A stretch of DNA of 30,088 bases from an uncultured Rhodospirillaceae bacterium (GTDB lineage: Bacteria; Pseudomonadota; Alphaproteobacteria; UBA9219), in assembly GCA_964594935.1 (NCBI GenBank), contig CAZQOE010000002.1:1358-31445 (forward strand). The letters run 5' to 3'. Shown here piece by piece: positions 9,026 through 18,187 of this stretch. Position numbers and translations under genes: made by a program. Under the pieces are notes generated by a model. That model saw only the letters and a program-made list of their open reading frames with translations. It searched no databases and had not been told where the DNA came from. Numbering within the stretch: the first letter of the stretch is position 1; each line of letters opens with the position of its first letter.

Positions 9026-9529
9026 CTATCCGCGAGCTTTCTTAGGCTGCACGACTTTGCCGCCCACGCGCACGGGCCGTTCGGCGAAGCCGCCAAGGCT
9101 GATCATCCGGTCATAAATGACTAAAGCCCCCGCGATGCCGACGTTCACGCAGAACTTCATCGGAATTTTCACGACAAAGTCGCAGCGTTTGACCATTTCG
9201 GGCGACAAACTGCCCTTTTCGGGCCCCAAGACGTAAGCCGCGCGCAGGGGATGATGAAAGCTGGGCAAATCGGTTGCATCGTCGATAAGCTCGACGCCGA
9301 CCAGCGAACAGTCTTTGGGAAGCGTAAATTCATTTATGTTTTTGTAGGCGTAAAACGGCATATGAATATCGGCGTGCGACGTATCCGTCGATTTGATTTC
9401 GGCGTAATTAACCGACGACCCAACGGTGAAAAAGAAGCTCCCGCCGAATGCGTGCGTCGTGCGCACCAGATTTCCGAGATTAAAGCCTTTGCTGATGCCC
9501 TCAGCGCCGACGGCAAAATAACCGCGCAT
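9026..9529 (-). CDS. TrmH/SpoU-family RNA methyltransferase
   Basis: NLGNLVRTTHAFG, GVEL, LGPEKGSL, KIPMKFCVNVGIAGALVIYDR (SPOUT motifs). Confidence 0.92.
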   Translation of the reverse strand: MRGYFAVGAEGISKGFNLGNLVRTTHAFGGSFFFTVGSSVNYAEIKSTDTSHADIHMPFYAYKNINEFTLPKDCSLVGVELIDDATDLPSFHHPLRAAYVLGPEKGSLSPEMVKRCDFVVKIPMKFCVNVGIAGALVIYDRMISLGGFAERPVRVGGKVVQPKKARG

Positions 9530-9874
9530 TTAGTTAACCTGACGGGCGGTGGCTTGATCATAAATGTCCTGAATCGTCACGCGCTGCTTGACGCGGAACG
9601 AGATGCGGTCCTGCACTTGTTTGGGAAGCTCCGTCATCTTGATGATGTTCTTTTTCAGCAAAAGCATGATCACGTCTTCGACCGCGCGCGCCATTTCTCC
9701 GTCGGTGCGACGCAATTCGTTCAGGGCCGTTTCGACCAGCTGCGGATCTTGCCCCCGCTGCCGCAAGAAGGACATGACTTCGGGATTGTTATGCGGCACC
9801 AGCTCGCCCCCGGCTAAAGAGCGGGCGCTGATTTTAACGATTTTCCCGTTTTCGTTTCGAAGAATATACGGCAT
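9530..9874 (-). CDS. Conserved hypothetical protein (from recall, the family often mislabelled tryptophan synthase subunit beta-like)
   Basis: MPYILRNENGKIV start and LRRTDGEMARAVEDVIMLLLKKNIIKMTELP core; its stop abuts the methylase start. Confidence 0.75.
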   Translation of the reverse strand: MPYILRNENGKIVKISARSLAGGELVPHNNPEVMSFLRQRGQDPQLVETALNELRRTDGEMARAVEDVIMLLLKKNIIKMTELPKQVQDRISFRVKQRVTIQDIYDQATARQVN

Positions 9875-10007
9875 GGCAGACTTCGCCTTTCCTCAAGAAA
9901 GATTCCTTTAATCCTATAGCAAGAAAAGGCTCATGGGAATTTATTTTCTCAGGATTCATCCGGCCGTCTGCATTAGAAGCTGACACCCCACATTTTGGAG
10001 CAGAACA

Positions 10008-10274
10008 ATGACTCACGAGACAAAAGAAGCAAACACAGGCGGCGTTTCCGGCGAAAGACTGCGTTCCATAATCAAGCGGATAGAAAAGCTTGAGGAAGAC
10101 AAGGCCGCCGTGGGCGAAGACCTGAAAGAGGTCTATGCCGAGGCCAAAGGAACAGGATTTGACGTAAAAACCATCCGCCATATCGTGCGTTTGCGCAAAG
10201 TAGAACTTGAAAAACGCCGCGAAAGCGAGGAACTATTGGAACTATACAAGGCCGCCATCGGCATGGAGGAATAG
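10008..10274 (+). CDS. gapR: Nucleoid-associated protein GapR (DUF2312/UPF0335)
   Basis: RLRSIIKRIEKLEEDKAAVGEDLKEVYAEAKGTGFDVKTIRHIVRLRK; GGAG RBS. Confidence 0.95.
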   Translation: MTHETKEANTGGVSGERLRSIIKRIEKLEEDKAAVGEDLKEVYAEAKGTGFDVKTIRHIVRLRKVELEKRRESEELLELYKAAIGMEE

Positions 10275-10283
10275 CGTCGGGGA

Positions 10284-11078
10284 ATGTCTTTCGTTCTATC
10301 CAAGGTTCTGTGGATATTTTTGGCTCCGGCAAATCTTCTTATAGCTTTGCTTGTCGCCGGACTTGCGCTTGAAGCGTCACCACGGCAGACGTTGAAAAAA
10401 ACCGGAAGGTTTTTTTGCTTCTTCGTCGTTTTCTGCCTCGCCGCCGTCGCGATTCTTCCTATAGGAACTTGGGCGACAACGCCTCTTGAAAACCGTTTTG
10501 CCTTCAATCCTCCCGCGCGTATCGACGGCATTGTCGTTCTGGGCGGCGACGAACAGACCGAAATTTCGGACAGGCGCGGCCAGCCGACGGCCCACGATTC
10601 GATGCGGCGTTACGTTTTGTTTAAAAACCTGTCCCGGCGTTATCCTGACGCCAAGCTCGTCTTTACGGGTGGATCTGGCCATTTGCGCCCCTACAAGGAC
10701 AAATTCGAAGCCGACATCGCGCGGGACATTATGGAATCCATGGACGTCCCGACAAAACGGGTTGTTTTTGAAAACAAATCTCGCAATACCAATGAAAACG
10801 CGCGTTTTGCCGCCGATCTTGTGCATCCCGGCGTTTTTGAAAACTGGCTTCTTGTGACGAGCGCCGTACACATGCCCCGCGCGATGGGTTGCTTTCGCCA
10901 AGAAGGATGGAATGTTTTCGCCGCTCCTGCCGGTTATTTCACGAACGGCGCCTATTCATTATATTTTCCGTTCCGCTTTGAAGAGCAGATGCATCTGTTG
11001 ACCATCGCTTTTCACGAATATGTGGGCCTTATCGCCTATCGGCTTATGGGAAGGACGAACGCCCTATGGCCCGGATAG
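10284..11078 (+). CDS. YdcF/ElyC/SanA family (DUF218) membrane protein
   Basis: N-terminal TM helices, GIVVLGG, LVFTGGSG, ENKSRNTNENA, LLVTSAVHMPRA, HEYVG. Confidence 0.93.
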   Translation: MSFVLSKVLWIFLAPANLLIALLVAGLALEASPRQTLKKTGRFFCFFVVFCLAAVAILPIGTWATTPLENRFAFNPPARIDGIVVLGGDEQTEISDRRGQPTAHDSMRRYVLFKNLSRRYPDAKLVFTGGSGHLRPYKDKFEADIARDIMESMDVPTKRVVFENKSRNTNENARFAADLVHPGVFENWLLVTSAVHMPRAMGCFRQEGWNVFAAPAGYFTNGAYSLYFPFRFEEQMHLLTIAFHEYVGLIAYRLMGRTNALWPG

Positions 11079-12043
11079 CCCCGTATTTTTTGATTGTCGC
11101 TTGGATCGCCTTTTTTGCGCCGTGCGCCTTTGCGACGCCCTTGCGCACCAAATCCGAAGTCGAATGGATTGAAGAAATCCAGCAGCAAGCCATCGAAAAA
11201 GGAATTTCTCCCGACATCGTGCACGACGCCTTGGACGACTTTAAACCCAACCCGCGCGTTCTCGAACTGTATCAAAGGCAGCCCGAAACGACGATTTCGT
11301 TCGCGGCCTATCGCCGCGCTTCCATCACGCCCGGACGCATCAAGAAAGGCGCCGAGCTGATGCGTCTTTATGCGTCGGAGCTGGATGCCATCGAAGCGCG
11401 CACCGGCGTTCCCCGGGAAATCATTATTTCCCTGTGGGCGGTCGAAAGCAGCTTCGGGCAGAATATCGGGGATTTTGACGTTATCGACTCGCTTGCGACT
11501 CTCGCCTTCGAAGGCCGACGCGCGGATTTTTTCCGCGCCCAGCTTTTCGCCGCGCTTCAAATTCTTGAAAAAGAAAACATGTCGAAGGACGACCTGCACG
11601 GATCGTGGGCGGGCGCTCTGGGCCAATGCCAATTCATGCCGTCGATTTATCTGAAATACGCCGTCGACGAAAACGGAGACGGCAAGCGCGACATCTGGAA
11701 CGACCCCGTCGACTCGCTTGGCTCCATCGCCACATATCTTGCCGCGGAAGGCTGGAAACGAAATGAAACGTGGGGACGCGAGGCCGAAGGTGGCGAAGAA
11801 GAACCCGCTTTTGACGGAAATCTTGGAAGAGTCATTTCCCTTCAGGAAAGGGGAACGGACGACGCCCTGAACGGCCTTGCCGTTGCAGAGCGAGCACCCA
11901 CGGCTACCGTCGTTCAACCGGACGGCGAAGATGGCCCAACCTTCCTCGTTTACGATAATTACCGTGCTCTTATGCGGTGGAATCGATCGACGTACTTCGC
12001 CCTTTCCGTCGGATTGTTAGCGGATAAGATGAAAGCATTTTAA
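11066..12043 (+). CDS. mltB: Lytic murein transglycosylase, MltB/SLT_2 family
   Basis: LWAVESSFG (catalytic Glu), LATLAFEGRRADFF, GSWAGALGQCQFMPS, AVDENGDGKRDIWN, WNRSTYFALSV. Confidence 0.93.
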   Translation: MARIAPYFLIVAWIAFFAPCAFATPLRTKSEVEWIEEIQQQAIEKGISPDIVHDALDDFKPNPRVLELYQRQPETTISFAAYRRASITPGRIKKGAELMRLYASELDAIEARTGVPREIIISLWAVESSFGQNIGDFDVIDSLATLAFEGRRADFFRAQLFAALQILEKENMSKDDLHGSWAGALGQCQFMPSIYLKYAVDENGDGKRDIWNDPVDSLGSIATYLAAEGWKRNETWGREAEGGEEEPAFDGNLGRVISLQERGTDDALNGLAVAERAPTATVVQPDGEDGPTFLVYDNYRALMRWNRSTYFALSVGLLADKMKAF

Positions 12044-12128
12044 CTTTATTTTCCCGTTTTGAGTGTGCTATGTACAGAATTCTGAACGGTTTTTTGGTTC
12101 TGATATTTTTGGTTAGTGGGTCATTATT

Positions 12129-12908
12129 ATGGATTTTGAAACGTCTGTGGGCGCCGTGGAATTTTCCGGCGAAAAGCCCTTTATCACCGAGCAACAGTTT
12201 TTAAGCGGACGACTTCCCCCAATTGCCGACAAAACCAAACAAAAAAATATTAGCGACGCGCGAAAGGCCTTGGTTTTATTTAAAACGGCCAAAGGTTCCG
12301 TTCGTCATACCGTTAAGAAAATCGATCGCGAAGAGCGCCATGTTCGCAACATGATCCTCCATACGGGTTTATGGGACAAGAAGCTTCCCCCCGAATTTGA
12401 CGAAAGCATCAGACATGCCGCCCAAGAATGGAATTTCCGCTGCGCCATGGAAAAACTTAAGGCGCTCCGGACGATCAACAAGGATACAACGCTTTGCGAT
12501 CTGGAAAGCACGAAGCTGGAAGAAGAATGTATTTTCGACCCCATCGAAGAATTCGGCGTAACGATTTCTCCGAAAACGGCAAACAAGCTTAAAATGGTCG
12601 CCAAGGACTACCATCGCACGATTCACGACGGCGCTCTCAATGGTCAAGAATCCGCGAAGAGCTATATCAATCATTACCGCGAGAATATCTTAAAATGCGG
12701 ACAAGAACTTATTGATCAGTTTTTTGCCGCCGGATTCGATGTGTCGCCGGACCTCTTTAAAGAAATTACAGCCATAAACGGATTCCTGACCGAACTTAAC
12801 AACAAGGCGATAAAATCGGCGGGTTCTTTCGCTTCGGAAAAAAGCCTTCCCGGCAAGCGTAATTCCGGCTGGAAAAACGGGCAAAATCTTTCTCAAGCGA
12901 CGCTTTAA
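12129..12908 (+). CDS. Hypothetical protein (orphan)
   Basis: 259-aa ORF filling the mltB-rlpA gap on the same strand; no motif recognised. Confidence 0.7.
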   Translation: MDFETSVGAVEFSGEKPFITEQQFLSGRLPPIADKTKQKNISDARKALVLFKTAKGSVRHTVKKIDREERHVRNMILHTGLWDKKLPPEFDESIRHAAQEWNFRCAMEKLKALRTINKDTTLCDLESTKLEEECIFDPIEEFGVTISPKTANKLKMVAKDYHRTIHDGALNGQESAKSYINHYRENILKCGQELIDQFFAAGFDVSPDLFKEITAINGFLTELNNKAIKSAGSFASEKSLPGKRNSGWKNGQNLSQATL

Positions 12909-12986
12909 CCCGCGATAGACTTTCTGATCCGGTTTATGTTAGCGTTTGTGCGTCGTTAACATTTTCCGAATCTCTGGTCTGTCCCC

Positions 12987-13913
12987 ATGAATTATTCCCT
13001 CGTTGTTCGCGTTATTGCCCCCTTGGCCCTTTGCGCTTTGGTCTCGGCCTGCGCCAGCCGTCCTTCGGGCGGAAGCGCAGCGGGCGGCGTCTATAAAGTT
13101 GGGCAACCTTATCAGATTAACGACCGGTGGTATTATCCCCGCGAGGATTATAGTTACGACGAAACCGGCATCGCGTCGTGGTACGGCGCCGATTTTCATG
13201 AGCACAAGACCGCCAACGGCGAAATCTATAACAAGGACGAGCTCACCGCCGCCCACAAAACCCTGCCTCTGCCGTGTCTTGCGCGCGTCACGAACCTTGA
13301 TAACGGAAAATCTATCGTCGTGCGCGTGAACGACCGCGGTCCTTTCTCCGGCTCCCGCATTATCGATCTTTCCCAACGATCGGCCCAATTGCTCGGTTTT
13401 GAAGATCAGGGAACGGCCAAAGTTCGCGTTCAAGTTCTGGCCGACGAAAGCAAGGCCATCGCCGACGCCATGCGCCGTTATGGCAAGCCGGTGCAAACGG
13501 CTTCCGCCGCGCCAGCCGAGATCATTTTCGCGTCGGAAACGATTTCTGAATCGCCCCTGTCCATATCCGGCACACCTATCGAATCGGAAACGCTGCATCC
13601 CGTCCGTTCGACCCCCGAAACGCATCGCGAATTGCTGGAAACCAAGCCCCTGCCCGAAGTTGTGCAGTTGCCCGTCACCGGCAGAAACCGCATCTTTATT
13701 CAGGCTGGCGCGTTTACGGTTCCTGAAAACGCCCAAAAGCTGCAGGCCAACCTGTCGCGTCTTGGAAACGCATCGGTTTCAACCACCGTTATCAACGGCA
13801 CGAAATTTTACCGCGTCCGCCTTGGCCCCGTCGCGAACGTTCCGCAGGCTGATGCCCTTCTTCTTAAAGTGAAAAAGGCGGGAGTTTTAAACGCGCGCAC
13901 CGTTGTCGATTAA
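12987..13913 (+). CDS. rlpA: Septal ring lytic transglycosylase RlpA with C-terminal SPOR domain, lipoprotein
   Basis: Lipobox LVSAC, YKVGQPYQI, GIASWYG, TAAHKTLPLP, VRVNDRGPF, RIIDLS; SPOR IQAGAF...YRVRLGP. Confidence 0.96.
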   Translation: MNYSLVVRVIAPLALCALVSACASRPSGGSAAGGVYKVGQPYQINDRWYYPREDYSYDETGIASWYGADFHEHKTANGEIYNKDELTAAHKTLPLPCLARVTNLDNGKSIVVRVNDRGPFSGSRIIDLSQRSAQLLGFEDQGTAKVRVQVLADESKAIADAMRRYGKPVQTASAAPAEIIFASETISESPLSISGTPIESETLHPVRSTPETHRELLETKPLPEVVQLPVTGRNRIFIQAGAFTVPENAQKLQANLSRLGNASVSTTVINGTKFYRVRLGPVANVPQADALLLKVKKAGVLNARTVVD

Positions 13914-13925
13914 TTAAGGATAATA

Positions 13926-15065
13926 ATGATGAGATTTGGACTCGCTCTTGTTTTCTTTTTTTCTTTCTTGAGCGTCGCATCGGCGCAAGCTGTTTCTCCC
14001 CCCGACGTAGACGCCAAGCAGGCCTTTCTTGTCGACGCCGCGACGGGCGCCGTTCTTTTTGCCAAAGACGCCGACAAGCAGATGGCGCCGTCGTCGATGA
14101 GCAAGATGATGACCATGTACATGGTTTTCGACGCGCTCAAGTCCGGAAAACTGAAGTTGGACGATACGCTTCCCGTCAGCGAGCGGGCGTGGCGGCAAGA
14201 AGGGTCGCGCATGTTCCTGAACGTCGGCGAAAAAGCCAAAGTCGAGGACCTTATTCGCGGCGTCATTGTGCAATCGGGAAACGACGCGTCGGTCGTGTTC
14301 GCCGAAGCGTTGGGATCGGGTTCGGAATCCGGCTTTGCCGATCTGATGAACAAGAAGGCCGAGGAGCTTGGCCTTGAAAACAGCCATTTTGTGAACGCGA
14401 CGGGATTGCCCGATCCCGCCCATTATATGACGGCGCATGATCTGGCAACGCTGGCCGTCGCCCTGCAGCGCGATTTTCCCGATTACTATCACTATTTTTC
14501 TGAAATTTCTTTCAAATACAACAACATAGAACAAGGGAACCGTAATCCCCTGCTCTATCGCAACATGAACGTCGACGGGCTAAAGACAGGACACACCGAA
14601 GCGGGCGGTTTCGGCCTTGCCGCTTCGTGCGTACGCGACGGGCGGCGCATGGTGCTGGTTTTGAACGGCATGAAGAATATGCAGGCGCGCGCCGATGAAT
14701 CGGCCAAGGCTTTTGACTACGGGTATCGCGAATTCGGCCTTTACCCAATTGCGAAAACGGGCGATGTCATGGCGAACCCTTCCGTGTGGCTCGGCAAAAG
14801 CAAGAGCGTCCAGATTGTCGCGGGCAAAGACGCCGTCGTCACCCTGCCCCGCGCCGCCCGCAAGGGTTTGAAGGCTGTGGTGACCTTTGTGCAGCCGATC
14901 CCCGCGCCCGTTGTGAAAGGCGAGGAAGTCGGCCGGATGGTCATCACCGCCCCGGGCATGGAGGACAAAATTATTCCGCTTGTGGCGTCAACGGATGTCG
15001 AACGGGTTGGTTTTTTCTCGCGCGTTATCGAGAAGCTTGGCGTAATTTTTGGGAAGAAGGCATAG
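13926..15065 (+). CDS. dacA: D-alanyl-D-alanine carboxypeptidase (peptidase S11)
   Basis: Signal peptide, SMSK (SxxK), SGN (SxN), KTG. Confidence 0.95.
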   Translation: MMRFGLALVFFFSFLSVASAQAVSPPDVDAKQAFLVDAATGAVLFAKDADKQMAPSSMSKMMTMYMVFDALKSGKLKLDDTLPVSERAWRQEGSRMFLNVGEKAKVEDLIRGVIVQSGNDASVVFAEALGSGSESGFADLMNKKAEELGLENSHFVNATGLPDPAHYMTAHDLATLAVALQRDFPDYYHYFSEISFKYNNIEQGNRNPLLYRNMNVDGLKTGHTEAGGFGLAASCVRDGRRMVLVLNGMKNMQARADESAKAFDYGYREFGLYPIAKTGDVMANPSVWLGKSKSVQIVAGKDAVVTLPRAARKGLKAVVTFVQPIPAPVVKGEEVGRMVITAPGMEDKIIPLVASTDVERVGFFSRVIEKLGVIFGKKA

Positions 15066-15073
15066 TTTTTAGG

Positions 15074-15214
15074 GCTTCTCACATAACCCGCTCTGGCGAG
15101 GGGAATGCGAGGAGCGAGGAGCGCAGGACCGGAGCGTACTTTCTTCGTACGTGAGGATCCGAGCACCGCAGCGACGAAGCAGTCACCCGCCAGAGTTAGG
15201 GTTATGCGAGAAGC
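15074..15214. repeat. RPE1-like long palindromic element between dacA and tmk
   Basis: Terminal inverted repeats GCTTCTCACATAACCC..CTCTGGCG / CGCCAGAG..GGGTTATGCGAGAAGC. Core GAGCGCAGGACCGGAGCGTAC..GTACGTGAGGATCCGAGCACCG matches the RPE1 core as I recall it. Confidence 0.75.
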
Positions 15215-15216
15215 TT

Positions 15217-15846
15217 ATGAAAAGCGGAAAGTTCATAACGTTTGAAGGCGGCGAAGGCAGCGGCAAATCCACGCAAGTGAAGCTGCTATGCGATTTTCTG
15301 CGTAAAAAGGACCTTGATGTCGTCCAAACCCGCGAAGTCGGCGGCGCGCCCTCCGCGGAAGCAATTCGCGAGCTTTGGCTGGCGCCAAAGGACGGCCATT
15401 GGGATCCTTTGACCGAACTTCTGCTCATCAGCGCCGCGCGGCGCGAGCATCTCGTCAAGACCGTCTTTCCGGCGCTTGATCGCGGCGCATGGGTCGTTTG
15501 CGACCGTTTCGCGGATTCGACCCGCGCCTATCAAGGCATCGGCTTGGGGCTCGGGCTCGACGTCGTCGAGGAGATTTATCAACGCATCGCGCCGAAATTC
15601 GAGCCTGATTTGACGTTGCTGCTGGACCTGCCTGTCGAGATGGGCCTGTCGCGGATGAGAAAGCGGGGCGGACAGGACGACCGGTACCAGCAGAAGAACC
15701 TCGATTTTCACGTCGAGCTGCGCGAGGCCTATTTGACGCTTGCGCATACGTTTACGGATCGTTTTCGGATTATCGACGCGTCGGCAGACGAAGCGGGCGT
15801 CGCCGCGTCCATTGAACACGCCGTGCGCGAGAAATTCGGGTTATGA
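15217..15846 (+). CDS. tmk: Thymidylate kinase
   Basis: FITFEGGEGSGKSTQ, TREVGG, CDRFADSTRAYQG. Start placed at ATG 15217, not GTG 15151, which lies inside the repeat. Confidence 0.97.
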   Translation: MKSGKFITFEGGEGSGKSTQVKLLCDFLRKKDLDVVQTREVGGAPSAEAIRELWLAPKDGHWDPLTELLLISAARREHLVKTVFPALDRGAWVVCDRFADSTRAYQGIGLGLGLDVVEEIYQRIAPKFEPDLTLLLDLPVEMGLSRMRKRGGQDDRYQQKNLDFHVELREAYLTLAHTFTDRFRIIDASADEAGVAASIEHAVREKFGL

Positions 15847-16814
15847 ACGAGCTGCAACTTCCTTTTGTCGGACATGCCGACGCTTTGCGCGAGGTTCGGG
15901 ACGCTTTCGCCTCGGGGCGCATGCCGCACGCGTGGCTGATTGCGGGCGTCGAAGGCATTGGCAAGGCGGCGCTTGCCAAACATATCGCGCAATTCGTTCT
16001 GGCCAACGGCACGGGCGAGCTGGGCAGGCCCGACCCCGAAGGACGCGTGGCAAAATTGGTCGATGCCGAAACGCATCCCGATTTGTTGATTATCCGCCGC
16101 GGTACGGACGAAAAATCCGGCGTGCTTAAAAACATTATTCCCGTCGAAGACATTATGCAGGTCGCGCCGTTCTTTCATAAAACGGCTTCACATAACGGCT
16201 GGCGCGTTGTCATTATCGACGAAGCTCAAGCGTTGAATCGCTTCGGGCAAAACGCGATTTTAAAAATCGTCGAGGAACCGCCTTCTCGCGCCCTTATTCT
16301 GCTGACGGTGACCACCCCCGGTCTTTTGCTGCCGACCATCCGGTCGCGCGCACGGACGCTGCAGCTTTCGCCCCTCAGGCCCAACGATATGCGCGAGCTT
16401 TTGCGCGTTACGGCGCCGCAGGCTTTGCCTCAGGATATCGATGCGGTGATCGAACTGTCCGGCGGCAGCGTCGGTTTTGCCCTTAAAATCCTGCGCACCG
16501 AAACGCTGCCCCTCTACCGCGAAATGCTGGGGATTCTGGACGCGATGCCGCAAATGGATATTGCGCGTTTACACAAGCTTGCCGACCAGATTGCGCGAAA
16601 ATCCGACGCCGAGAGCTTCGATGTGTTGAGCTCATTGCTTGTCGAAAGGCTCCGCGCGGCGGCGCATGACGAAGCCAAAAAAATGGGACAGGTCGATGTC
16701 GCCCTGCAGCTTTGGGACAAGACGCGCGCCACGTTTGCCCTGGCCGAAGGCGCGAACCTCGACAAGAAACTGGCGTTCATCAACGCGATGAGCGACATCC
16801 GCGCAGCAATGTAA
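15843..16814 (+). CDS. holB: DNA polymerase III subunit delta'
   Basis: HAWLIAGVEGIGK, HPDLL, IIDEAQALN, NAILKIVEEP, LPTIRSR; ATGA overlap with tmk. Confidence 0.95.
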   Translation: MNELQLPFVGHADALREVRDAFASGRMPHAWLIAGVEGIGKAALAKHIAQFVLANGTGELGRPDPEGRVAKLVDAETHPDLLIIRRGTDEKSGVLKNIIPVEDIMQVAPFFHKTASHNGWRVVIIDEAQALNRFGQNAILKIVEEPPSRALILLTVTTPGLLLPTIRSRARTLQLSPLRPNDMRELLRVTAPQALPQDIDAVIELSGGSVGFALKILRTETLPLYREMLGILDAMPQMDIARLHKLADQIARKSDAESFDVLSSLLVERLRAAAHDEAKKMGQVDVALQLWDKTRATFALAEGANLDKKLAFINAMSDIRAAM

Positions 16815-16816
16815 AA

Positions 16817-17242
16817 TTATAATCCGAAAACGTGCTTCCTTGCGGCGAAGAAATTAAAAAACATGCCTGCCGCCGTGCCCCCCAGCAACCCGATGACCGG
16901 ATAGTCGTAAACAAACGGTATCGTGCTGACCAAAAGGCTATAAGTTCCGCGGTTAAAAACAAGGCCTATCGCGCAAACGACCGCGAATTTGACAAGTTGT
17001 TTGGCTGCGGGCATCGGCGCGGCTTCAGGAAACGTGAATACGCGGTTGCCGATCCACGTCGAGGTGACGGCAAACGGAAACGAAAACAATCCCGCCGCGA
17101 TGCGTCCCAACCCCAAAACGCCGATACCGAAATACAGCATCACGGTATCGACGCCAAAGCCGACCGCGCCGACGATGCCGAATTTGAAAAACTGCCGTGC
17201 TGTTTCGATCCAGTAGTCGGAAAAATATTTTTTAAGCATCAT
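16817..17242 (-). CDS. GtrA-family small flippase-like membrane protein
   Basis: RQFFKFGIVGAVGFGVD, TWIGNRVFTF, FNFFAARKHVF; four TM helices. Confidence 0.92.
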   Translation of the reverse strand: MMLKKYFSDYWIETARQFFKFGIVGAVGFGVDTVMLYFGIGVLGLGRIAAGLFSFPFAVTSTWIGNRVFTFPEAAPMPAAKQLVKFAVVCAIGLVFNRGTYSLLVSTIPFVYDYPVIGLLGGTAAGMFFNFFAARKHVFGL

Positions 17243-18177
17243 CTGTCGGCATCATTTATTGTTTGCGGTGCGGGAACATTCAAATACCGCATACGCTTCA
17301 TTTCGCGCCGCCCGCGCGTAACGGTATCGAGAATAAGCCCGCACGTCAGCGATAGGAACGCAACAATCACAAGCCCCATGGCCATGACTGCCGTCGGCAA
17401 GCGGGGAACAAGCCCCGTTTCCATATAGGTGACGACGATGGGCACCATCAGCACCGCCGATAGCGAAACAAAAAGAAGAGCCAACAGAAGGAAAAACTGC
17501 ATCGGCCTTTCTTCCTTCACCAACACGATAATGGTCCACAATATGCGAAAGCCGTCCTTGAAAGTGCTGAGCTTGCTGGCCGAACCTTCGGGGCGGTCTT
17601 TGTACGGCGTCGGAATTTCGGCAATCGGCATATGCAACTCAAGCGCATGAACCGTAAGTTCCGTCTCGGTCTCGAATCCCGACGAAAGGGCCGGAAAGCT
17701 TTTGACGTAGCGGCGCGACATCACGCGATAGCCCGACAGCATGTCCGAAAAACGGCTGCCGAAAATCCACGACACCATGCTCGTCAAAAGCCAGTTGCCG
17801 AAGCGGTGCCCGGGACGGTACGCCTTTTGAATATCCGTCACGCGCGCGCCGTTCACCATGTCGAGCGACTCGTCGCACAGAAGCTTAACCATTTTGGGCG
17901 CTTGCGAAGCGTCATACGTCGCGTCGCCGTCCACAAGCACGTAAATGTCGGCTTCGACGTCCGAAAACATACGGCGCACGACGTTGCCCTTGCCCTGCAG
18001 CGGTTCTTTGCGAACGATGGCGCCGGCGTCGCGCGCGACTTCGATAGTCCGGTCCCGCGAATTGTTGTCGTATACATAAATTTTTGCGTCGGGCAACGCG
18101 TTGCGAAAATCGGACACCGTTTTGGCGATGGCCGCTTCTTCGTTGTAGCAAGGGATGAGAACCGCGATTTTGTTCAT
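17239..18177 (-). CDS. GT2 polyprenol-phosphate glycosyltransferase (GtrB/DPM1-like)
   Basis: LIPCYNEE, YVYDNNSRD, QGKG, VDGDATY (DxD), DMLSGYR, GFETETEL, two C-terminal TM helices. Confidence 0.94.
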   Translation of the reverse strand: MNKIAVLIPCYNEEAAIAKTVSDFRNALPDAKIYVYDNNSRDRTIEVARDAGAIVRKEPLQGKGNVVRRMFSDVEADIYVLVDGDATYDASQAPKMVKLLCDESLDMVNGARVTDIQKAYRPGHRFGNWLLTSMVSWIFGSRFSDMLSGYRVMSRRYVKSFPALSSGFETETELTVHALELHMPIAEIPTPYKDRPEGSASKLSTFKDGFRILWTIIVLVKEERPMQFFLLLALLFVSLSAVLMVPIVVTYMETGLVPRLPTAVMAMGLVIVAFLSLTCGLILDTVTRGRREMKRMRYLNVPAPQTINDADR

Positions 18178-18187
18178 AGGAAACCTG

